Shown here in pieces: positions 49,709 through 60,452 of a DNA stretch of 64,000 bases (within the stretch, counting starts at the first letter, position 1; every line of letters starts with the position of its first letter). The notes under the pieces are model-generated. The model worked only from the letters and a program-made list of their open reading frames with translations, made no database searches and was not told the DNA's origin. Location: assembly GCA_963749655.1 (NCBI GenBank), contig CAVVOB010000020.1, positions 64,001 through 128,000 of the forward strand, read 5' to 3'. Position numbers and translations under genes: made by a program. This DNA comes from Nitrospirota bacterium. Lineage in GTDB: Bacteria > Nitrospirota > UBA9217.

Positions 49709-51250
49709 TCAGACCGCTTTCAGCTGTTCCCCTGCTACATATTCCCTGCTCCCGGCCGCCGAGTATTCCTGGAGCGCGATATTGAACGTAGCAACGGCCA
49801 TGCTTGCGTAGAACCAGCAGCTCGTGGTGTTGTATTCAAAATCGACAAGTCCATGAAATCCCATCGCAATAAAACCGCCCAGGAAGGCGAAGGACATTAT
49901 CTGAATGTAGGATGTTTGCTCAGTCAGCGCCACTTTAAATTTTCTGATCATGATGAGAAAAGCGGACAGAACCAGCGTGACGCCGATGAGTCCGAAATCG
50001 AACAAAACGGAAAAATAGATGCTGTGAGCATGCGGGGCCTGGGACACGTACTTAAGATTGCCGACGCCGAGGCCCTGAACGGCGACTTTAATGTATTTTT
50101 TGAAGCTTCGGATCCAGAGGTTCATCCTTCCGTGAACGTTGCTGGAGCCCTGGCCCGGGTCGACCACATCTCCGCTTTCCACGGCTTTTCCGCCCAGGAC
50201 TACCAGACGCATATCAAAATCCGTTTTTTTGTAGTAATTGAAAGCTGCGTTAAACACGAGGGCAAGCAGTATGACGCCAACCGGGAAAAAGACGAGTATC
50301 AACGCAAAGTATTTCCTCAATCGTTTTAAGAGCAGGAACGTGCCCAGCATCATGAAGATGAGGCTCCCGACGCCGGCTCTGCTTTCGGTCCGGATACAGA
50401 CCGACATTATAAGAAAGACAGCGAGCAGAAGAAAAAGCCTTTTCCCCCTCCCGGTTTCGGTTAAAAGCAATCCCAGGGCTATGGGTATAGTAAGGTTGAT
50501 AAGAAACGCAGTTTCGTGAAAATCCTGCAGGCCACAGGGTTGTCGCGGCCAGCCGGAAGGCTGAAAAAATCCGCCCAAGGCGCTCATATAAAAAGTTATA
50601 TTGGATGTTATCGAGTAAGAAAGATTGATGGTGTGAATGAAATACATGCTCACCGCAATAAGTCCCTGCAGCGTCATCGACAGCACCCAGCACCACATGA
50701 GCCTTCTATGGGATTGCCTGTCCTGCACCGTACCGACCACCAGGGCGAACAACATGATATTCATCGCCAAAAGAACGAACTGGGAGAGGCCATGCTGCAT
50801 GATGTCCGTCCAGGATATCGAGGCTGCCGCATAAGACAAGAAGAGAACCAGGGGCACGGCAGCCGGATTTTTTATCCATGCCTTCGGGATCTTGGCCAGT
50901 ATCATTATGGTGAGACCAAAGAAGGCGAGCGCCACCACGGGAAGAAACACCGGCAGCATGTCGATCGGTTTCTTTCCGATGATAAAGTTCCATTTCCCGT
51001 AAATCGCCACATAGGTCGTAGCCGTGGTGACGGGAACAAAGAAAGCCAGCAGGTAGGCGCCGACGCGGGGTTTCAGGACAAGGACGGCCGTGAGGAAAAG
51101 GATCGCCAGGATAATGGGTGCGTAATACCAGGGCGCAAAAATATTGGCCACCGCGGTAATGACAGCCACGAACACAAAAGCCAGCAACCAGAACACTTTT
51201 TCCAGAGGCTGCTGATCGAAATATTGCGTAATGATCAAGGGTAGTGCCAT
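49709..51250 (-). CDS. O-antigen ligase/Wzy polymerase family protein
   Basis: About 12 TM segments, TESRAG, GLGVG..., HAHSIY...DFGLIG. Confidence 0.85.
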   Translation of the reverse strand: MALPLIITQYFDQQPLEKVFWLLAFVFVAVITAVANIFAPWYYAPIILAILFLTAVLVLKPRVGAYLLAFFVPVTTATTYVAIYGKWNFIIGKKPIDMLPVFLPVVALAFFGLTIMILAKIPKAWIKNPAAVPLVLFLSYAAASISWTDIMQHGLSQFVLLAMNIMLFALVVGTVQDRQSHRRLMWCWVLSMTLQGLIAVSMYFIHTINLSYSITSNITFYMSALGGFFQPSGWPRQPCGLQDFHETAFLINLTIPIALGLLLTETGRGKRLFLLLAVFLIMSVCIRTESRAGVGSLIFMMLGTFLLLKRLRKYFALILVFFPVGVILLALVFNAAFNYYKKTDFDMRLVVLGGKAVESGDVVDPGQGSSNVHGRMNLWIRSFKKYIKVAVQGLGVGNLKYVSQAPHAHSIYFSVLFDFGLIGVTLVLSAFLIMIRKFKVALTEQTSYIQIMSFAFLGGFIAMGFHGLVDFEYNTTSCWFYASMAVATFNIALQEYSAAGSREYVAGEQLKAV

Positions 51251-51261
51251 AATAGGTTTTT

Positions 51262-52851
51262 CTATTCCATCTCTTCTATCAAAACGGGTATATTCGCAAG
51301 GTCCAGCGTCACCGATCCATCGGAGGCGAGGAGCGTCTTTTCCGCAAATGCAGTCGCATACGCTGTCACCTCTTTCCCTGAGGACCCATTGGGGACAAGA
51401 TTTATGATCCGCGCTCTCCGTGAGCCGATCCCCTGGACAGTGATCCTTTGCGGCCCAGGATTATCGTTCCAGGCAATCCAGAGGGGCCTGTTCTTCCTGA
51501 GAACCTTATAGAGATAAATTCCGTTTGCTTCCTGCCGCGCCTGCAGGGATTTCCATGCAGATCCATCCAGGGTTTCAACCATCTTTTTGAACGTATAGTA
51601 GGCAAGTTTCTTGTGGGACTCCCCGTTGTTCAAAGGATTGGTAATCAATCCGTAAAAGTTGAAGGGATTGCCGGGGTCCCCCCCCATATTATGCCGTTCG
51701 AAAATTTCGTTCCAGAATATTTTGGTGACGCCCTGGGCCAGGGAATAGATATAAATTTTGACCAGAGCCGCGGCCTGCTGCGCTTCCGTTTGAGGTTCAA
51801 AATGTATGAAGGACAGCGGGGTTCCCGCGGGGTAATTCGGGCTGCCGGAATAGGTGGCGGTCTCCAGAAACACGGGCATTTTCCTTATATCGATCCCGTA
51901 GGATGAAAGCACCTTCCCATAAACGTTCATCTTGTCTTTGATAAAAAGGTAATCCGCCGCCACATAATGGTGCTGTTTGAATGCAAAGGCATCAAAATAG
52001 CCGGCGGCGCCCGCATCCAGCATCTCCGTTAGAAAAGCGACATTCTGGGTGTTTCCTTTTATTTCACGGCCGAACCCCGGCAGGCCGCCCAGCACTATTT
52101 GAAAATTAGGATTGACGCTTTTCACCGTTTTATAGGTCACCTTGAGGAGCTCCGCATACTCTTTCGCGTATCCTTTCCAGCCCATCGGGGGTTTCATTCC
52201 TCCCGGTTCCGTTTCAACTTCGAAATAGGCGACTCGGTTCCCCAGTTTTTCAATATGCTGCCGCAGCGCAGCGGTATATTTTCCGTAATCGATGTCGGGA
52301 GGACGTACGCCGCCTTCACGGCCGATCCTCGAATATATCGAAATCCCAGCAGGTACGGATTCTATTTCCATCGGCATTGCCTGGACCCAGGTTGCGCCTA
52401 TATCCAGCAGATAGCCGTTGATTTTGTCCTTCGTCATGACGTCTCTGCTATCCATCTGGAACTCGTAGGGGCCGAAAATTCCGAAGGGCGAGTCGTTGAA
52501 GGTTCCTGCGGCAAGCGGCGCCGCTCTGACGACCGGCGCAGGCGCGGCGAAGCCGGGTTTGCTGGCCTGTTCGCTCTTGACGCCTGCATTTTGGCGCAAG
52601 AGGGTGATCGCCTTGCGGAGCAATGCAGCGGCTTCGTCCTTATTTCCTGCTGCGAAGGCTTTTCTCGATTGCTCGTCAAGCTCACTCGCTCTTGAGACAT
52701 CAACCCCCCGTGTCCTCTGCTCCCCGAGGAGCTGTTGAACTTCCGTAGCCAGCGCCCTCAAGTCATCGGACTGCGCGAGAGATGCCCGCATGGGCAGGGC
52801 GCTCAAAAGCAGGAGAATGATCCCTGAACAAAGCAATCTACGCATTCGCAT
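51262..52851 (-). CDS. secreted clan GH-A hydrolase-like protein, distant paralog of the two Ig-GH genes
   Basis: Signal peptide; SPFG, FEVETEP, PVFLET, QTEAQQA, KKLAYY..KKM.E.L.GS.W, VTLDL. Confidence 0.72.
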   Translation of the reverse strand: MRMRRLLCSGIILLLLSALPMRASLAQSDDLRALATEVQQLLGEQRTRGVDVSRASELDEQSRKAFAAGNKDEAAALLRKAITLLRQNAGVKSEQASKPGFAAPAPVVRAAPLAAGTFNDSPFGIFGPYEFQMDSRDVMTKDKINGYLLDIGATWVQAMPMEIESVPAGISIYSRIGREGGVRPPDIDYGKYTAALRQHIEKLGNRVAYFEVETEPGGMKPPMGWKGYAKEYAELLKVTYKTVKSVNPNFQIVLGGLPGFGREIKGNTQNVAFLTEMLDAGAAGYFDAFAFKQHHYVAADYLFIKDKMNVYGKVLSSYGIDIRKMPVFLETATYSGSPNYPAGTPLSFIHFEPQTEAQQAAALVKIYIYSLAQGVTKIFWNEIFERHNMGGDPGNPFNFYGLITNPLNNGESHKKLAYYTFKKMVETLDGSAWKSLQARQEANGIYLYKVLRKNRPLWIAWNDNPGPQRITVQGIGSRRARIINLVPNGSSGKEVTAYATAFAEKTLLASDGSVTLDLANIPVLIEEME

Positions 52852-52981
52852 GGTTGGAACCTCCGTTACTCCAAAAGCATCCGCAGGGCAGATCCGTCGG
52901 CAAAATCAGCATCGGTTGCCGGAGGCATCATTGCAACAGCGGAATATATATGCGGTCGCCCAGCTCAGGCCGGGGGACCGC

Positions 52982-54478
52982 TTATGCTTTGCCGGCCGAG
53001 CCTTTCAAAAGCTGCTTCACCTGCCGGAGAAAAAGGTACAGCCACTTGAAAAAGGGCTTCAGGATGCCGCTGTTCAGAATATTCACGACCGGGAAGCTCA
53101 CGAGAATTCTGAGCAGCGGACCGGGAATCTTCCCCTCTTTGGACAGCGTTATGAGCATGTTCAGGTAGTTCGGCTCCCGCATGGCGTAGCTTTTTGCATA
53201 GACTTCTTTTCTTTCGTCCTGGACTTTGCCGTCCCGCTTCGCCATCTCATGCAGTTTTGTTCCGGGATAGAGTACAAGCGCAAACGGCTGGAGATGAAAA
53301 GGCTTGGGGAACCGGGAAATCAATTTCAGGCTTTCGATCACGTCCTCGTCAGTTTCGTAGGGGACGTCGAGGATAAAGTCATAGCTCGGGGGAAGCATTT
53401 TATCGCGGTATTGATTGATGATGTGCACCGCCTTCAGGATCTTTTCGTTCGTCATTGACTTGCGGTTGAAGAGCTCCTGAATTTTGGGGCTGCCGGACTG
53501 GATCCCCATCTGGAGGTACATCATTCCCGCATCCACCAGCAGCGCCATCTTTTCCTCGTTCACCGTGAGCGGGCTTGCGAGGCAGCTGAACGGCAGTCCG
53601 ATTTTTTCCTTGTACTCGCGGCAGAATTCCTTCAGGACCGTGATGTTGCGCGCGAAAAAAGCGTCGTCGGAGAGCCAGATGAAGCCCACAAAGGGCATGT
53701 TTTTCTTCACCCAGAGCAGTTCTTCCATGACGTGGTCCGTGCTCCGCCACCGAAGATAGCCCTGGCTGCCGTAAATGGTTTTAATCGCATCGTTAATGCA
53801 GTAGGTGCACTGATGGGGGCAGCCCCTGCCCGTCATCGTCTGGTACCCGATCTTGTGCACGTAGCGCGAGAGGACGCCTCCCTCCATGAACTGCCGGGTC
53901 AGTTCCGCTGTTACGCGCTGGATGCGGCCGTCGATCAATGCGTACTGGTCCTCGAGGCTGTAATCGGGCAGGGGATAAGAATCCAGATTGGTATTCAGGG
54001 GCCTGACAGGATTTTTGATGATCCGTCCGTCCGCCCGCATCCATATATTCGCCGTCGAGGAATAATCTTTGCCGGCTGCCATTTTTTCAGCGAGTTCCAG
54101 CAGGGCCTCCTCGCCGTCGCCGACGCACACCAGATCGGCATGCTGCAGCGATTCCTCGGGACGGATCGTGGGGTGCACGCCTCCCCAGATTACGGGTGTT
54201 TTGAGGTCCCGCTTGATCCGCTCGGTCACCTGAACGGCGCCGTCGAAAAAATTGGTCATCAAGGTTATGCCGATCAGGTCCGAGTCCCTGCAAAGGGAGA
54301 CGGTCTCGTTCAGGATGTCATCCTGGTATCTCTTGACGCCGAAGTGAAGATTGTCGCCGAAAGGATCGGGCAGAAAAATCATCCTCGTCGTGTGCCCGTT
54401 TTTCTTCAGATATGAGGAAATAGTGCGCAGTCCGAAAGACGTCAGGTCGGGGTACAGCGAAATCAACGTTATCTTCAT
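52982..54478 (-). CDS. B12-binding radical SAM protein
   Basis: WGGVHPT, GDGEE, RGCPHQCTYC, DDAF, GIQSG. Confidence 0.9.
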   Translation of the reverse strand: MKITLISLYPDLTSFGLRTISSYLKKNGHTTRMIFLPDPFGDNLHFGVKRYQDDILNETVSLCRDSDLIGITLMTNFFDGAVQVTERIKRDLKTPVIWGGVHPTIRPEESLQHADLVCVGDGEEALLELAEKMAAGKDYSSTANIWMRADGRIIKNPVRPLNTNLDSYPLPDYSLEDQYALIDGRIQRVTAELTRQFMEGGVLSRYVHKIGYQTMTGRGCPHQCTYCINDAIKTIYGSQGYLRWRSTDHVMEELLWVKKNMPFVGFIWLSDDAFFARNITVLKEFCREYKEKIGLPFSCLASPLTVNEEKMALLVDAGMMYLQMGIQSGSPKIQELFNRKSMTNEKILKAVHIINQYRDKMLPPSYDFILDVPYETDEDVIESLKLISRFPKPFHLQPFALVLYPGTKLHEMAKRDGKVQDERKEVYAKSYAMREPNYLNMLITLSKEGKIPGPLLRILVSFPVVNILNSGILKPFFKWLYLFLRQVKQLLKGSAGKA

Positions 54479-54527
54479 AGTCGGGGCTCCTTTTCATTGC
54501 GCTGGCGTCCTGTTGCCGCCATCATGC

Positions 54528-56231
54528 TTAAAGATAGCCTAAATTCTTCAGGTTATCCTCGATCTTCTTCTGTTCTTCCTCGGAATAGTCGATATTTTTT
54601 GCCTCCGCCGCAGACCGCTCAGCTTCCTTATGCTGAATGCCGTGGGAGCGGACGAAATCCTCGGAGATGATGGTCTGCAGAACTTTGCCGTCCGTTCCGG
54701 CAGGAATCGGCAGGCCCATCAGATAGAGAATGGACGGAGCCACATCGATGATCTCAGCCTCCGTTGTCACCGTATTTCTCCTGATTTGAGGACCGCTGAC
54801 GATCAGCACGCCGTCATCAGAGTGCTCTCCCGACCACTGGACCCGCCCGAAGTCGATCGGGGGAATGGATACCGGTTTCCCCTGAAGATCGGTGCAGACA
54901 ATTCCGCTGATCACGACGTCGTCCGCCCAATTGACGATCAGGTCGGGAGCGCGATCAACGTATTCTCCCTGGTAGACATCTTCACGCTTCAGCACTTCCT
55001 TGACGATCCTTTTCCCTGTTCTCGCATCCTTGCTTTCAAGGAGTTTTGCTATGATCTGATCGCGTACCTGGTCGTACTCCCGGCCCGGCGGGACAGCCCC
55101 CTGTTTTTCCCTTCCTTGAAGATTGATCATCAGGTTCGGACCGGCCGTATATGCCTTTGTCTCGGGCCAGTCATAGGCAGCCAGCTGGGCGGCCGAGATG
55201 ACTTCGAATCCGGATTTTTTCCAGTGGAGCACCTTTTTCAACAGCTGCCTGGTACGATAACTGAGCAGCGAATACAACTTATCGGTGATGAGCTCCTTCA
55301 GCTTCGGGAGCGTGCGCGGCCGCGCTGGACGCCACGCCCGCCCGGGCGCATTTCCTTCGCCCCCGATCTTGGCGAAGCCGACCATCTGCAGCCATTGGGG
55401 AAGATAATTCGCACCGAGGGAGTTGGCCGTTGCTCCGTGGTCGGACATGATGACTATGGTCGCGTCCTCGCCGAGTGACCGGGTTATATCGCCGACTATG
55501 TCGTCGCATTTCCGGTATACATCGAGGATGGTAGCGCCGTACTTTTTCGCCTCAGCAGGGACGTAGCCGGGGTGGTTTTTGTCGAGCAAATGCCAGAAGT
55601 GGTGCTGTGCCTCGTCGGTGGCCGTGAAAACGGTTACGAACAGGTCCCAGTCTTCCTTCTGGAGCAGATGCTTTGATACAGCCCATCGCACTTCAAGAAC
55701 TCGGTGGATGTCCTGAATGACGCGCTCAGGCTCATTTCTCCGATATTTCTTAATGCTCGGCGTGAGCGGGTAGTGCTTGAATCGAGCGAGGATCTCCCGT
55801 ATGAGCTGCGGGGGATGCGTGAAGCCCTCGCTCTCGGTCGACGGCGCGTCCCATCCTGCAACCATGCAGCCGTTGACGTTATCGGCCGGGTAGGTGGAAG
55901 GAACGTTGATGACGCAGACCCTCTTGCCCGCCTTGCTGATTTGCATCCAAAAAGGCGCTTCCTTGCGGTGGGTGGCATTGATCATTTTCACCTTAAAGGT
56001 GGACGGGTCGATTGAAAAAAAGTGGTGAATGCCGTGCTTGCCCGGATTCATTCCCGTAGCAAAGGAAGTCCATGCCGCGGGACTGATCTTCTCGGGCGTT
56101 GATTTCAAAGCCCCGTAGCTTCCCCGCTCCATCAGCCGGGCGATGTTCGGCAGTTTGCCCTCTTTGACCCACGGCAAGATCAGGTCTAATGTGGCCCCAT
56201 CAAGGCCGATAACAGCGACTTTGCGTTTCAA
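54528..56231 (-). CDS. alkaline phosphatase superfamily (phosphodiesterase/sulfatase-like) protein
   Basis: IGLDGAT, AWTSFATG.NPGKHG, MSDHG, DVAP.IL, C-terminal L..LGYL; TTG start after AAGGAG. Confidence 0.88.
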   Translation of the reverse strand: MKRKVAVIGLDGATLDLILPWVKEGKLPNIARLMERGSYGALKSTPEKISPAAWTSFATGMNPGKHGIHHFFSIDPSTFKVKMINATHRKEAPFWMQISKAGKRVCVINVPSTYPADNVNGCMVAGWDAPSTESEGFTHPPQLIREILARFKHYPLTPSIKKYRRNEPERVIQDIHRVLEVRWAVSKHLLQKEDWDLFVTVFTATDEAQHHFWHLLDKNHPGYVPAEAKKYGATILDVYRKCDDIVGDITRSLGEDATIVIMSDHGATANSLGANYLPQWLQMVGFAKIGGEGNAPGRAWRPARPRTLPKLKELITDKLYSLLSYRTRQLLKKVLHWKKSGFEVISAAQLAAYDWPETKAYTAGPNLMINLQGREKQGAVPPGREYDQVRDQIIAKLLESKDARTGKRIVKEVLKREDVYQGEYVDRAPDLIVNWADDVVISGIVCTDLQGKPVSIPPIDFGRVQWSGEHSDDGVLIVSGPQIRRNTVTTEAEIIDVAPSILYLMGLPIPAGTDGKVLQTIISEDFVRSHGIQHKEAERSAAEAKNIDYSEEEQKKIEDNLKNLGYL

Positions 56232-56252
56232 AGCATGTTCTCCTTGTCAGAA

Positions 56253-57704
56253 TCACTCCTTAATGGCAGCCAGCCTTCTTTTCCTGAGCAATCCGGCCAT
56301 CGGCGCGAGTTCCCGGGTAGAAAGCAAACGAAACCCGAACAAGCCGGCGACAAAAAACGACATGCCGAAGGGCAGGGAATACAAAATAGAAATTGCGGGC
56401 GGCAGAAGTTGCAGTGCGCCGGTAAGCACAAATCCCATGACGAGGATGGAGCCCGTCCTTGCAAGGAATTTTTTCTGAATAACATCTCTGAAAAGAAAAC
56501 AATATACCGCGAATATGAAACCGCTGGAAGCGGTCAGCGCAATAGTGCTCCCTCGATATCCCAGGGCGGGGACGAGTGCAAGATTGAGCAGAATACATAT
56601 GGCCAGGCCTGCTGCCTGCACGAAGACGATGCTTTTTTGCCTGCCCGACGCTATCGCGAGCGTGACATAAAAGGTGTTCAGAAAGAAAAAACTTGCTCCC
56701 AGTAGCAAAATTTTCAGCCCGGAGATCGACCGGGCAAATGCTTCGCCGTAAACGAGCGGGATCACCCACCCGGAAAGCGTCACGCCCGCCAGGGTCAACA
56801 GCGTGCTGAGGATGAGAAGAAATTTAAACATTGCCGAGGCTGTCTGTATCAGTTCTTCCGTGCTTCCGTCGGCTGACGCTTTTTGCGACAATATCGGCAA
56901 AAGGGGCGCCATCAGAGATATGGGAATTATCATGAACCCAGTGAAAATCTTGAGCGGCGCCTGGTATAGGGCTACGTCGGTGCTTCCGGCAAAAGCTTTG
57001 AGCACAAAGATTCCCGTGTATATGAATAATTGCAGCAACAGCTGGAAAAAAGCAAGGGGCATTGATTCCTTGAACAGATACTGCAACCCGGAAAACTGCA
57101 GCACCGCTTTCGGCCTGAAGCCGGTGAGCCGATGCGACAGGGTGCGTGAAGTGATCAGCCCCGTCAGGTAGGCAGCCGTCGTGGCGGCGAAAATACTTAT
57201 AAAGCCGAGATCGAAATAGACGACAGCGAGGATAAAGAGCATCAGCGACATCATCGTTGCCAGACTGGTCGCTGTTTCATACAGAAAGCGCCCGAATGCA
57301 GCGAAAAGGGCATTGAGTGTCTGCGTCAGCGTCATGAAGGCGACGATCAGGAAAGCAAACAGGCAGCTGGCCGCTTCTTTCGTGTCGAGAGTAAGCGTGT
57401 ACAGGAGCAATACCGGAAGGAGGGCAAGGATCATGATACTGTTAAGCGTCAAGCCGTCGTTGACGTGTCTTTCAGCGCTTTCCTTCTGCTGGGCAATTTC
57501 TCTTACCAGGATCCTCGGGATGCCGGTGCTTAAAATCGGCAACACGGTCCACACCAGCGCCATGATAAATGCATATTCGCCGAACTCCCGGACACCGAGG
57601 TATCTCGCCAGAAGGCCGACAGTGATCAGCCCGGAAAGGACTTCTATGCTTCTCGACGTGAGTACGAGGATTGTATTGTTTGCCAGCTTGCCTGAAGTGG
57701 TCAT
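56253..57704 (-). CDS. wzx: Wzx flippase
   Basis: LARYLG..EFG.Y, multiple TM segments, LNL.LVP..G..G. Confidence 0.88.
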   Translation of the reverse strand: MTTSGKLANNTILVLTSRSIEVLSGLITVGLLARYLGVREFGEYAFIMALVWTVLPILSTGIPRILVREIAQQKESAERHVNDGLTLNSIMILALLPVLLLYTLTLDTKEAASCLFAFLIVAFMTLTQTLNALFAAFGRFLYETATSLATMMSLMLFILAVVYFDLGFISIFAATTAAYLTGLITSRTLSHRLTGFRPKAVLQFSGLQYLFKESMPLAFFQLLLQLFIYTGIFVLKAFAGSTDVALYQAPLKIFTGFMIIPISLMAPLLPILSQKASADGSTEELIQTASAMFKFLLILSTLLTLAGVTLSGWVIPLVYGEAFARSISGLKILLLGASFFFLNTFYVTLAIASGRQKSIVFVQAAGLAICILLNLALVPALGYRGSTIALTASSGFIFAVYCFLFRDVIQKKFLARTGSILVMGFVLTGALQLLPPAISILYSLPFGMSFFVAGLFGFRLLSTRELAPMAGLLRKRRLAAIKE

Positions 57705-57718
57705 GCGATTCTCGTGAT

Positions 57719-58739
57719 CTATGAAATAAAAGGCTGTTCAGCCTTCTTGCTATGAGCCCGGTGCCGGTGGATCGATAAAATCATCCCGAAATGGCTGGGG
57801 TATTTTTGAATGTAATTCGCAAAAATTGCTGAAATTTTCTGTAGATTTACCGCTACCGTCCTGGATTTATCGTCAAAGCGCTCAAGGTCGAAGGGTTTCT
57901 CTATGATAAGTCTCTGGCTGTTGTCTTTGTTTCTGACGATAAAGGTGGGCAGTATCGCCGCGCCCGTCATGGCAGCAAATCTGACCGGCCCCTGCCCGAC
58001 GTAAGCAGTCCGGCCCAGGAACGGAACTTCCACCCAGTCCTTGCCTTCCCTGCCGTCGAACGCGATGGCGACCAGCTCATTTCTCTGGAGTGCGCGTATC
58101 ACGGCCTTTACGTCAGTATCCGATCGCATGAAATTCACCGGAAGGCTGGAACATTCCTTTTCCCGGGATTCGAAGATACGCTTATGGATCTGCCGGTGAT
58201 GCCTCAGGTCAGGTGAGCCTCCTATCTGGTTGATGCGATAACCACTGAACCCGAGAGCGGGCAGCACCATGAGATAGGAACCGAAATGGGACAGAAGAAT
58301 AATCGCCCCTTTGCCTTTTGCAAGTGCACTTTCGATGTGTTCACGGCCTTCGATCGTAATCATTTTTTCAACAGCCGTCTTGGTCGATGCGCCCCAGTAT
58401 CAACTCGTCGCACCGCCGTTTCATGTCCATCTCAAAACTTTGCCGGACCGCCCGCCGCAATTCCTGCTCGCTCAAGTGATCGCCCAGGCAATTCCTGAGC
58501 TCATGATAGGTCAAGGCCCTGACCTTAGCCGAGCCGTAATACAGGCAGTATGAACTAAGAAGGGCGATCGAATAGAGAACCTTCGTCGGCAGCAACTGAG
58601 CGACCCTGCGGCAGGGAAACCAGAAGAACCAGAGAAGCGAATCAATGAAAAAATTTTTTACCCGCCCGAATGCGCCCATTATGTGCTGCTCCGCAGTACA
58701 ATCCGTCCCGGACTGTTCAATAAACGCCGTTTCCGTCAT
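57719..58739 (-). CDS. lysophospholipid acyltransferase (LpxL/HtrB-like); frameshift near 58365
   Basis: GKGAIILLSHFG, IAFDG, GP.RFA..TGA.ILP.F; N-terminus resembles 44810-45811. Confidence 0.8.
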
Positions 58740-58840
58740 TCCGAGCGATGTGAACCCCTCTGCACGGAAGAAACAAGCGGATTGGTCACTTCATAAAGAA
58801 TGGCAAATCTGCCCAATCAGACTTTCCTGCATCGGCTTTT

Positions 58841-60235
58841 TTATGCATCATAGAAAGACTTCTTCTTTTTCAGCCTCCCGATAAAACGAAAGAACCCTTT
58901 CGCGCCGGGTTTGAGGATCTTCTCGACAACCGTGAGAACCACATCCATAACGACCGTGATGTACCGCTGGGAAGGAGGATTGTAGAAGAGTTTCATTAAT
59001 TCGGCTTCATTTTCCGCAAGCATGTCGGCTCGAGCATCCAGGAGCCCTTCTTCCTGGGCGGTCTTGAAAAGGGGAGTATGAGGCTCCAGGCGTATCCAGC
59101 CTATATCGCAGCCGCCTCTGCCCGGCATGAGAATGGGGATCGCAAAAAAGAGCTTGATGGTCCGGAGAAAGCCCCGAAAGTCCTGTCCGGGGTAACAGGC
59201 GAAAAAATTAAACCCCACGGCAACACCCTTGATCGTGCGTGCGATCTTTAAAGTCCTGTCGATGTCCTTGGACGTGATCCCCTTGCTCAGAGCGGCCAGG
59301 CCTTTGTCCGTTGTCGCATCCGGAGAGAATCCAAGATGGCGGCATCCCGCCTTCTTGAGCAAGGTCATAAATTCTTCCGAAAAATTTTTCATGCTGCACC
59401 ATGCGCCCCACTCCACGGTCAGTTTTCTTCCGATGATTTCGTTGCAGATGTCGACGGCGTGTTTTTCCGGAATGTTGAATATGCTGTCGACAAACGTAAA
59501 CGATTTGACGCCGTAATTGGCCATCAAATACTCGATTTCATCGACGACGTCCTTTGGCGAGCGGAGTCTTACCGTATTCTTGTTCAAAAAAGGGTAGCCG
59601 CAGTAGGTGCATTTATACACGCACCCGCGCTTGCTCTGGACCCCGATGATGTTATGCAACGGGCCCACGTAATTTTTTATGTCGATGAGCGAGGCGTCGC
59701 GTCTCGGCATGGAAATCCTGCCAAAGTCAGGCGCCGGTCTCGGCCCGGTGAAGAAAACCTGTCCGTTCTTCCTGTAGAAGATGCCGCTGACTGCTTCAGG
59801 CGTGTTCAGGTTCCTGAGCAGCTCCGGCGCTGATTCATCGCCCTCCAGATAAACGCCGTAATCAATGGAAGGCACTTTTTCCATGATCTGCTGCGCAAAG
59901 ATCGAAAAACCGGTTCCGCCCGTCATTATTTTGATATTTGCATCTACGTCCTTGATGGTTTGAATGGTCTGCCTGACCGTTTTGAAGTAAACGAACGGAT
60001 CTCTTCTTTGCGTCGTATCCATGTTGCGTATGGAGAGACCTGCCATGTCGGGACGAAAAGCCTGCACGACGCGCTTCAGCTCCTCGAAACATTGGGGGTA
60101 ATCGTAAACACCGGGATCAAAAATTCTAACCTCGTGCTCCTTGAGGGCGGTCGCAATATACGTGAGCCCGATGGGGAACAGGGGTTGTTTGATGACTCTT
60201 CTGCCCAATTCCTGCTGAACAAGTAATACCTTCAT
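58841..60235 (-). CDS. B12-binding radical SAM protein
   Basis: PIGL.YIA, GLSIRN.D, GGTGFS, KRGCVYKCTYC.YP, FVDS.FN. Confidence 0.9.
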   Translation of the reverse strand: MKVLLVQQELGRRVIKQPLFPIGLTYIATALKEHEVRIFDPGVYDYPQCFEELKRVVQAFRPDMAGLSIRNMDTTQRRDPFVYFKTVRQTIQTIKDVDANIKIMTGGTGFSIFAQQIMEKVPSIDYGVYLEGDESAPELLRNLNTPEAVSGIFYRKNGQVFFTGPRPAPDFGRISMPRRDASLIDIKNYVGPLHNIIGVQSKRGCVYKCTYCGYPFLNKNTVRLRSPKDVVDEIEYLMANYGVKSFTFVDSIFNIPEKHAVDICNEIIGRKLTVEWGAWCSMKNFSEEFMTLLKKAGCRHLGFSPDATTDKGLAALSKGITSKDIDRTLKIARTIKGVAVGFNFFACYPGQDFRGFLRTIKLFFAIPILMPGRGGCDIGWIRLEPHTPLFKTAQEEGLLDARADMLAENEAELMKLFYNPPSQRYITVVMDVVLTVVEKILKPGAKGFFRFIGRLKKKKSFYDA

Positions 60236-60452
60236 ATATCTGACCCTCCTGAATAGTTCGGCAATCTCCGGTGGTCCGGCAGTTTATGGAGCGCCTGCCC
60301 GTCCCGAAGAACCACATCAAAACTGAAAAATTCGCTCACTTATATACCATGCGCTCTGCATCGGGTTATGTATTCCTCGAGCGTTGATTATGACTACTCC
60401 GGCAAGGACGGAAAAGCCAGAAACAGGGACCTTCTGAGGGGGGATTTCGTGT

